Positions 54,185 to 64,000 of a stretch of 64,000 nt of DNA are shown one piece after another. The notes below the pieces were generated by a model. It ran no database searches, was not told where the DNA came from, and was given only the letters and a program-made list of their open reading frames with translations. This stretch comes from Octopus sinensis. Lineage: Eukaryota. Location: NCBI RefSeq assembly GCF_006345805.1, contig NC_043008.1, positions 32,612,001-32,676,000 of the forward strand. Direction: 5' to 3'. How positions within the stretch are numbered: position 1 is the first letter of the stretch; the number at the start of each line of letters is the position of its first letter. A program made the position numbers and the translations under genes.

Positions 54185-54404
54185 AGACAGCGATCTGATA
54201 GAATCGATAGCGCACCGGACAAAATGCTTAGCGGCATTTCGACCGTTTTTACGTTTTGAGTTCAAACTGCGCCGTGGTCGACTTTACCCTTGATCCTCTC
54301 AGGTCGATAAAATAGGTACCAGTTGAATACTGGAGTCGATGTTCGATGTAATCGACTTACCCCTCCCCTGACATTGCTGTCCTTCTGCCAAAATTTGAAA
54401 CCAA
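54185..54404 (+). mobile_element. Family-A SINE inserted into a ~29-bp minisatellite
   Basis: Standard family-A head and core ending GCCAAAATTTGAAACCAAT. Minisatellite units continue on both sides. Confidence 0.8.
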
Positions 54405-56154
54405 TGGTAACATAGTGTTGTTACCTACACTAATATGAATGTAGTAGTTAGGTAATTTAACCATTATGTTATATTTGATTTATCAGAACTATGATTTGAA
54501 GCAGTAATTGTCATAGGAGTATGTCTGTGACGATTATATAAAATAGGCAATTCACATTTCTATGTCAAATTTGAGATACTTTAAACTTGTAAAGTTGTCT
54601 AACGGCATGGTGAAAATGAAGAATTACACGGAAGCAACTTAATGTACTGTAATTGTTATTGAAAATATGTTCGGATATGGCAAGAATCGTAGCATAATTG
54701 CTGAGAGACAAAAAAGTTTTCACTAATATTCTTTTTGTTGCTGGGCTGGTAAGTTTTATTTTGAGAGCCATTGATATAAGATATTCTAATGGTAACCCAC
54801 CCGAATTTTTGTATATCGAAAACTACATTGTCTACGTGCTCTTTTTAAGTCGATAGTATGTGGTTTCGGGGTGGTTTAGCTACTGTTATACTTGGTCAAA
54901 CGACCACATTTAAGATTCGTCGTTGACTCGGCTTGTTATAAGATTGTTACAGGCTCGTTTTACAGGTTCGACTGCTGTTGTTGTTTAACTCCACGTCAAC
55001 AACGAATGAGTAGACTAATGACTTAAAACATTCCACTTTTGTACAACCTGTGATTTTAGGTTTACCTAAAACTAAATTATCTAGAGTGTTCTCTTTTTAA
55101 GAGAGTAGGTTGTGAATTGAGGTCGACAGTACCACCTGAAGGTATAATTCGGCTATCGCCCGGCGGCCCCACGAGTCTAGGGAACCAAAACAACCTATAT
55201 TGTATTTTTCTATCAATTAGATGGTGTACGTATCTTTCGGTGGTGTACTTTCGAGAGTATAATCAAAGACATATCCATCAGAATATCCGACCTATCCGCC
55301 ACCGAAGAAATATTTAATAACTACGCCACTTACTACAACGAAGCCCTAGCTACTGTGGATTCTCCCAGAAGGTTAGCTTTATAACCAACGTTAAACTTAA
55401 AGAACACCTCTCTAAACTTAACCCTAAACGAGCACGCCCACATAAAAATTCTATATAGGCTGCGGTCTTGTATTTTTCAAACCCTGAGCATTACTTTGCC
55501 CAGTGCCTATAATGTTGTTGGACGACTGTTTAGATTGGGTGACAGCGTAAGAGCATCCTTGTTGGCTCTTCTGTATTATATTTTCTGTTAGTTATGTCTT
55601 ATAAGGAGACCAAGAAGGACGTAGTTGGGGTTCGTCAGTTGCTGCTCCTATGGACCAATTAATGGTAAACATCCCAAGACAGGGGATAGTGATGTTGGAG
55701 ATATATTTATGTTTACATGTGATTTTGTTTAAGTTTATCTAGACTAAAGTGAGTGGTATTGGAGTCTTAAGATGGTATTGTAGTGGTGCTCCAGAACGTT
55801 ACAGATATGTTTGGTTTTAAGAGGTGTTCAAACCATAATTACTCTGTCTTTTTCTCCATAAATTGTGCAACCTAGAATACATTTGTAAATATATATATAT
55901 TTACGAAAGAGGCAGTATTAATACCGATAGAAAATATTTATTCCCACTTAAATGCCAGTGTTCTGTTAGAACAAACTATACTGCGGTAGTTACATGAAAG
56001 AAACTCTCATATTGGCTTTTGGTGCAAAATGCACACAATATTAATCAAGAGTGCATTTTGTACCAAAAGCCAATATGAGGGTTTCTCTCATGACAACTAT
56101 CGCAATATAGTTTGTTCTAAAGAGAACATCCACGCTTAAGTGAGTATAAATATT

Positions 56155-56369
56155 CTTTTCCACTCTAAGAACGAGGCCCGAAATTTTGGTGGAGGGGGCG
56201 AGTCGATTAGATCGATCCCAGTACGCAACTGGTACTTAACTTATTGAACCCGAAAGGATGAAAGGCAAAGTCAACCTCGGTTGAATTTGAACTCAGAACG
56301 TAAAAGACAGACGAAATACCACTGAGCATTTCGGCCGGCGTGCTAACGTTTCTGGGAGCTCGCCGCCTT
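56155..56369 (-). mobile_element. Family-A SINE with probable TSD
   Basis: Reverse-complement core, flanked by AGTGAGTATAAATATT and AGTGGGCATAAATATT. Confidence 0.8.
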
Positions 56370-57824
56370 AGTGGGCATAAATATTACCTCTCGAATACAG
56401 TGCTCTTTTATAACGGTAGGGTATATTTTGAGGAAGATTTGAATGTTACTTTTGATAGGTTGAATGCCCTCAAAGAGGCTTCCCTTGTCTTTGTAGTATT
56501 TCTATCTTGCTGAGTTGATTGTTGTTCGAATTTTATGTTCTCTGATGTTGCTGGAAATAAAAGACAATGAATTTGGATAGTGCTACATTAATTCTGTTTT
56601 AGAGACAGGTTCCAAGTTAAGAGATGTAGGGTTGGAGTAGCTGTGTAGCTAACTGTGTTTGGAGAATGATAGAAGGATGTGAGTGTGGTTTGTCGACTAC
56701 AGCTGGGACTGAGATATGCTTTTTTGAGGTATAGGAAGGTCGTGCAGGTACAGATTAAAAAGTGAGTGAGAAAAACGATTTTTGTTGTACTTCAGGGAAA
56801 AATACAAATTTTAGATAGATTGTTGCTGTTGTATATACTGTATAGTAGTTTGCAACACTCCTTATTAGTTAAATGTGCATTACAACAAAGTGGTCACAGG
56901 TTCGATTTCTACAGCCTGGCTTCTAAGATAGGTGCTATTTATCATAGACTCGAGGTGACTTCAAACTTTGTGAGTGAAACAGCACAGAACAGGAACTGCT
57001 TGAGAACTAGACGGATATATTGTTCGCATACTTCAAAGATCACACATTGTCTCATTGGGTAAGGCTGTAGATTATGTTATGGCTAAGTGCGTTTTTGAGC
57101 TACTTAGCAACGACTGACAAAATAATTCAATGAGCTTCTGTTGCTCGAACAACTGAATACTCATCGTCAAAACCAATGGAGGTCCATTTATAATACAACA
57201 TAAGTTTGTTGATTTGACAGATAGTTTACAAACGACAGAGTTGTGAATTAGTTCTTAAAGGGGTATTGAGTATTTTGTATAAAAGTACAAAGCCTGGGAT
57301 AGCTTCCATAGATTTGCAGCTGTCGATAGCAGTTAGGACGTTGCAGCCATGACAGCTATTTGTGTGGTTGCTAGCGGTGCTGCTGCTTGAGGTGATGCTG
57401 GTGAGGATGCTAATGATACCTCTATTGTTGATACGGTTGCTGTTGTAATTGCTGCTGCATCTGCTAGAATTAGTTGTTATTGCTACTGATGAAGGCGTTA
57501 GTTGCTGATGCAGTTATTGTTATTGCTGCCGTTGATGGTGTTGGTCACTGCTGTTGTTTTGACACTGGCTTTTGCTGCTGCTGCTGCTGTTGTTGTGGTT
57601 ACTGCTGTTGTTGGTGGTGCTGGCTGCTGCTACTGCTGCTGCTGCCGATCATGTTGGTTCGCTGAGGCTGTTGTGCAGTCGATGATGCTCGTTACAGCCA
57701 CTGCTGTTGCTGCTGCTGTTGCCGTTGCTACTGTTGCAACAGGCTTTCAGTTGTTGCTGCCGTTGTTATTGTTGTTGCTACTGCCGCTGTGGCTGCTATT
57801 GTTGTTGCTGCTACTATTATTATT

Positions 57825-57857
<33 letters not shown>

Positions 57858-57969
57858 ACTGTTGCAACTGTTTGGCTTGACGTTGCTATTGCTGCCATTG
57901 TAGTTATTGTAGTTGCTAATGCCATTCTTGTTGGTGTTGTTACTGCATCTAACGCTATGGCCGATAATA

Positions 57970-58415
57970 CTAATTTCAAATTTTGGCACCAGGCCAGCAA
58001 CTTCAGGGAAGCGGGTAAGTCGATTACGTTGACCCCCAGTGTTCAACTGGTATTTATTTTATCAACCTCGAAAGAATGACTGACAGAATCAACCTCGGCG
58101 GAATTTGAACTCAGAACGTAAAGACATTCGAAATATCGTTAAGTATTTTATCCGGCATTCTAACGCTTTTGCCAGCTCGCCACCTTTCTAAGGCTGATAA
58201 TATCGCTTTCAAATCTTGGCGCGAGACCTACACTTTCGAAGAAGCGGGTAAGTTAATTACATTGACCCCGGTGCTTAACTGGTACTTAATTTATTGACCC
58301 CGAAAGAATGAAAGGTAAAGTCGACCTTGGCGATATTTGAACTCAGAGCATGAAGACGAACAAAATACTGCTAGGCATTTTTTCCGGCGTGCCAACGATT
58401 CTACCAGTTCTCCGT
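57970..58415 (-). mobile_element. Two family-A SINE copies
   Basis: Reverse-complement cores at ~57970-58185 and ~58205-58415. Confidence 0.8.
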
Positions 58416-58476
58416 CTCACTATAACCGATAATATTGCAGCCTTTCTTTTTCTAATGAGCTTGTACACATTACAGC

Positions 58477-58525
<49 letters not shown>

Positions 58526-58858
58526 ACCGTGAATATAGTTGTTATTGTTCTTGCAGTTGAATGTATTGCTATCAGTGCAGTGCCACATGATTTGTTGTTG
58601 GAAACACAGCTGTCATTTTTCTTTTTTATCCCCCGGTCAGCTTTCATCAAAGAATCTTACGGTCAAAGGCATTCAATCGACGACCATCCCGTCTTATTTT
58701 CAGACCTATAAGATCTTGAAATACACTGCACAATGCTCCTTTCTCATTATAAGATTCAAGGGAGCAAGCATTTCTTGTAGATTGAACGACCACATAAAGG
58801 CTCCCACGTTAGTCTGATTGCCACTCTACATTGTTGATAATATTTTTATTTCTGTTGT

Positions 58859-58982
<124 letters not shown>

Positions 58983-59200
58983 CCTTTCTACCATAGGCAC
59001 AATGCCTGACATTTTAGTGGTGGTGGGGGGATAAGTCGATTACATCGACCCCAGTGTGTAATTGGTGCTTGATTTATCGACCCCGAAAGGATGAAAGGCA
59101 AAGTCGACATCGTTAGAATTTTGAACTCAGAACGTAAAGACGGAGGAAATGCCGCTAAGCATTTCGCCCGGTGTGCTAACGATTCTGCCAGCTCACCGCC
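58983..59200 (-). mobile_element. Family-A SINE
   Basis: Reverse-complement core ending ...GATTCTGCCAGCTCACCGCC. The tail abuts (TAA)n. Confidence 0.85.
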
Positions 59201-59202
59201 TT

Positions 59203-59610
59203 GAGTGGCTGTGTGGTAAGTAGCTTGCTTACGAACCACATCGTTCCGAGTTCAGTCCCACTGCGTGACACCTTGAGCAAGTGTCTTCTACTATAGCCTC
59301 AGGCCGACTAAAACCTTATGAGTGGATTTTGTAGACGGAAACTGAAAGAAGCCCGTCGTATATATGTATATATATATATGTATATGTGTGTGTGTATATG
59401 TTTGTGTGTCTGTGTTTGCCCTCCCCACCCCCAACATCACTTGACAACCGATGCTGGTGTGTTTACGTCCCCGTAACTTAGCGGTTCGGCAAAAGGGACC
59501 GATAGAGTAAGTACTAGGCTTACAAAGAATAAGTCCTGGGGTGGATTTGCTCGACTTAAGGCGGTGCTCCAGCACCAGCATGGCCGCAGTCAAATGACTG
59601 AAACAAGTAA

Positions 59611-59612
<2 letters not shown>
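59203..59612 (+). mobile_element. Family-B CORE-like SINE, full length
   Basis: Head GAGTGGCTGTGTGGTAAG, B-box-like GAGTTCAGTCCC, CORE-like CACCTTGAGCAAGTGTCTT, short internal TA/TG repeat, tail GCATGGCCGCAGTCAAATGACTGAAACAAGTAAAA. Confidence 0.88.
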
Positions 59613-59649
<37 letters not shown>

Positions 59650-60282
59650 CCTTAAAAATCCTTAAAATCCTTTAAAATGTTTTAGCCCGAAGGCCGCGGC
59701 CATGCTGGGGCACCACAATAATAATAATGTTCTTGTCGCTTATGTTAGTGTTGTCGTTGATTTAGCTGAATCTCTGTTTCAAATTTCAACTACTACTGCA
59801 GTACCTGTTAATCAATGCATCGTATTATACTAGTTGCTGTGCAGTTCTTGGTGTTGCTGCAGTTTATGTTGCAGTAGTTGCAGCAACTGTTACAGATTTC
59901 TGCTCTCGACACCTTTTGATGTTGTTGTCGTTGTTGTCGGTGTAGCAACTGTTGTTCCTATGACTGCAGCAGTTTCTTTTGCTGCTGCCGTTTTTGCAGC
60001 AGGTTGTTGTTGGTGCTGCAGATTTCGTTATTAGTCTTGACGTTTTGTTGCTGTCCATTTGTTGTTTTTGTTACTGCAATTGTTGATGTTGTTGTTGTTG
60101 TTGTTCTTGCTGGTGGTGCAGTTGTTAATACCTCTACTTAGGCTACTGCTGCTGCTGCTGCTACTACTGCTGCTGTTATTTTTGCTGCAGCTGTTACCGG
60201 TGTTGTTATTACCACTGTTGTGCAACACTTGTTATTGTTGTGTTTGTTGTTGTTGGTGGTGGTGGTGTTGCTGCTGCTGTTG

Positions 60283-60314
<32 letters not shown>

Positions 60315-60337
60315 GGTGGTGATGGTGCTGGTATTAC

Positions 60338-61185
60338 AGCGAGCTGGCAGAATCGTTAGCACGCCGGGCGAAATGCTTATCTGTATTTTGTCTGCCGCTA
60401 CTGTCTGAGTTCAAATTCCGCCGAGGTCGACTTTGCCTTTCATCCTTTCGGGGTCGATTAAATAAGTACCATTTATGCACTGGGGTTCATATAACCGACT
60501 TAATCCGTTTGTCTGTCCTTGATTGTCCCTTCTGTGTTTAGCCCCTTGTTGGTAGTAAAGAAATAGGTATTACTGTTAGCTATTGTCGCATCAGTTGTTA
60601 TTGTCGTTGTTGTAGTTGCTGAATATGTTGGTCGTAGTACAAGCATGAGCAACCGTTCGCGAGAAACGGGCCGCATGAGACATAACTCATCATGAAGTGG
60701 GCCGCACTACCAAAAAACAATTTGCAGCTAATTTTTCGTTAACCCTGCCATCCAGAAGCCTTTTGGGCAGCAGTTTGCCCATGGCTAGTACAGATGTTAT
60801 TATTGAACTGCTTAGCGGTATTTCGTCTGCCGTTACGTTCTCAGTTCAAACTCCGCCGAGGTCGACTTTGCCTTTCATCCTTTCGGGGTCGATAAATTAA
60901 GTACCAGTTACGCACTGGGATCGATATAATCGACTTCATCCGTCTGTCTGTCCTTGTTTGTCCTCTCTGTGTTTAACCCCTTGTGGGTAGTAAAGAAATA
61001 GGTATTTCGTCTGCCGGTACGTTCTCAGTTCAAATTCCGCCGAAGTCGACTTTGCCTTTCATCCTTTCGGGGTCGATAAATTAAGTACCAGTTACACACT
61101 GGGATCGATGTAATCGACTTAATCCCTTTATCCGTCCTTGTTTGTCCCCTCTATGTTTAGCTCCTTGTGGGCAATAAAGAAATAA
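60338..61185 (+). mobile_element. Family-A SINE (60338-60570), small hAT-like MITE (~60640-60787) and family-A SINE dimer (60810-61185)
   Basis: SINE cores as elsewhere. MITE TIR-like ends CAAGCATGAGCAACC and GTTTGCCCATGGCTA. Confidence 0.75.
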
Positions 61186-62083
61186 AACAAAGTATTGCCA
61201 CTGTTGCTAATATTGAAGATGTTGTTGCTGCTATTACAACGCTTATATCCTCCACTTGTTGCTACCGTTATTGTTAAAGTTGCTGCTAGTGTTGCTGCAT
61301 TGTTTATGCTGTTTTCGCACCTACTGCAGCAACAGTTGTTATTACTGCTACTGCCTTCATACTGTTGGAGCTTTACTGCGATCTTTGCTGCTATTACTGC
61401 TGCTGTTTTTGACATTGCGGTTACTCTACTGATACAGCAGTTGTTGTAGTTATTACATCTGCAATTTATACTCTTGTTGCACCTGTTGCTCCGAGTGCAA
61501 GTGTTATATGCCGCTCTTGCCTCTTCTCCTATTGATACTGCAATCGTCATTGTTATTGCAGTGGTTGTTGTGGTTATACAGTTACTATCGTTGTTATTGT
61601 AATTGTAGTCGCTTTCCTTATTCTTGTTGTTGTTTGGGTCGTCGCTGATGCTGGAGCTGTTAATGTTTATAGTATTGTTCTTATAATTGTTGTAACCGTA
61701 CTTATTGTTGTTACTACTATTATTGTTGTTGTTGTTGTCATTTTTGATATTGTTGCTGCACTTATGTCTTCTGATGTTGCCGAAGTTATTGTAGCTCAGG
61801 CTTCTATAGTTGCTGTAGTTTTGTAGCTGCTGTTCTGCTACTGCCGTAGTTGCTGCAGTTCTACTTTCTAAGGCTGCTGATGTTGCTACTGCAGTTCTTG
61901 GGCTGCAGTTTTTGCTGCAATTTCTGCTGCTGTATATTTTTCTTACTGCAGTGTCATTATTGGCGTTAATGCTATTACTGCTATCAGCAGCTGTCTATGG
62001 TTTTTATTGTTTAATCACAAGTGAGCCGTAACCAAGAACACTTGTAACAACAGGTGCTCCATCCGTGACTTTCTTTGCACACA

Positions 62084-62295
62084 TGAGGGACTGCTGAAAA
62101 GTTCCTAGCTTTATGGGTGTCGCGAAAGGCCTGGTTGGAGGCCCAACGAGTTCTTTTACAGGACGTAGAAAAGATGAAGGACCGCTGCAGTAAGTGTGTG
62201 GATCTGGGAGAGGAATATGTTGAATAAAATCATAATTAACTGATCCTCCCGTATTTTCTTTCATCCAAAACCAGAAACTTTTCAGCACCACTTCG
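62084..62295 (+). mobile_element. Mariner-derived MITE (~212 bp), twin of 9250-9462
   Basis: TIRs TGAGGGACTGCTGAAAAGTTCC and AGAAACTTTTCAGCACCACTTCG. Retains a mariner C-terminus DVEKMKDRCSKCVDLGEEYVE*. Confidence 0.8.
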
Positions 62296-62321
62296 GATAT
62301 ACATATCTATCTATCTATCTA

Positions 62322-62521
<200 letters not shown>

Positions 62522-64000
62522 ATATATGCATATATATACATATTCATAGATATATACATGTATACACACATACACACACATATATACATAACCATATATA
62601 CATACATATATATATGTATGTGAGTGTGAGAGAGAGAGAGTATGTGTGGGTACGTCTGTGTCTATGTGTGTGTGTGTCAGTAAATTGCATTGCCCTTAAG
62701 TGTCCCTCGTTTTCCAAAAGCAGCTGAACCTAATTTGAAGGTGACACTGTTGCTATTTCTAGCAGATTGTCTGACCGCATAGAGTCGCTCTAGTTGACAT
62801 TTCTCATGAATTGTCTAGGTAAAACTGAGCTTCTACTGTTTGTTGTGGTTGTTATTGTTGCCTTCTTTGTCGGTGTTGCTACAGTTGTTGTTGTTGCCGC
62901 TGCTGCTGCTGCTGTTGCTGTTGTTGTTGTAGTTCTGGTCACTGTTGCAATTGTTAATATTGTTATTGTTGCAAACTGTTCCTTTTTTCTTGTTGCTAAT
63001 GCTTTCATTCTTGTTCTAACTGTTGTTGCTTCCACTATTGTTCTTAATGCTGTTTCCGTTGTTGTTGCTGTTGTTGCGACTGTGCTTGCTGCTGCTGTTG
63101 CTGCTACTGCTGCTGCTGTTGCTGCTGTTGCTGCTGCTGCTGGTTTTGTTGTTGTTGTTGTTGTTGCTATTGCTATTGTCTTTTTTGGCTTCTGATATTG
63201 CTGCTGCTGTTGTTGCTATTGTTGTTGTCGCTAGTGTTGTTGCTATTGTTCTTGCCACAATTGCTGTTCCTGCTGCTCTTATAATTATTGCCGTTGTTGC
63301 TTCTGTTGTTGTTACTGCTGCAGCTGTTCTTGATATTGCTGCTTCCGTTGTTACTTGTGTTGCTGGTGGTGTTTTTGTTGTTATTGCTGCTGCAGTGCCT
63401 GTTGCTGTAGATTTACGGATGTTGTTGCTGTTGATGCTGTTGTTGCTATTGTTGCTATTGTTGTACACTTTCTGTTTATGTTATTGTCTTTGCAGATTTG
63501 GGCATTATCATTGTTGTCTAAGTCCACATTGTCATTGTTGTTGCTATTGATGTTGTGGTTGTTGTTCTTGTTGTGGATGTTGTTGTGGCTGCTGCTGCTG
63601 TTCTTGTTACAGGTAGTGGTGATGGGTTACAGTTAGGAGTTGTTACAGTAGTGGTTGGCGGTGGGGGTGTAGATGGAAAGAAAGTCACGAGATGTAAAAT
63701 GATGATGATGATGACGATGATGATGATAAGATTATGTTGGTGATGATGATGATGACGACAACGATGATGATGATGACGATGGTGATGATGACAACGACGA
63801 TGATGATGATGACGATGGTGATGATGACAACGACGATGATGATGATGACGACGACGACGACGACGATTAATGTTGATGATTATGATGCTGTAATGCATGT
63901 CAGTATTCCGCAGAGTAGTAAATTGTAGTATATGACAGTATTGGATAGCGAGGTCAAGTGTCATGTATTGTTGTTTCGTAATACCGTGTAGTATAATACA

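Noticed and set aside
62794-63964. Hydrophobic poly-V/A/L ORFs resembling membrane proteins, and poly-T/N ORFs resembling mucins
   Set aside because: Degenerate trinucleotide repeats open in several frames on both strands, with no domain signature.

Overview
AT-rich eukaryotic DNA, repeat-dense and apparently intergenic or intronic. The microsatellite load ((TACA)n, (TA)n, (CA)n, (GATA)n, (TAA)n) and the SINE families resemble an octopus genome; that is recognition from memory, not a database result. I could not support any host protein-coding gene. Almost all supplied ORFs are translations of microsatellites. The real coding remnants all belong to transposable elements: a Ty3/gypsy LTR-PBS-gag stub, a near-full-length R4/Dong-type LINE (RT + CCHC + restriction-like endonuclease) plus many fragments, mariner and pogo/Tigger transposase pseudogenes, an APE-type LINE fragment, several MITEs and dozens of tRNA-derived SINE copies. 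The most notable structure is a ~340-bp near-perfect foldback at 42383-42722 with a complete minimal type I hammerhead ribozyme motif in each arm, one per strand, sitting inside a SINE's internal microsatellite. Also notable are a stack of retroelement ends in (TAA)n tracts (25.6-31.4 kb) and a 556-bp non-coding (TAA)n-flanked element that behaves like a retroposon. Coordinates of degraded repeats are approximate.
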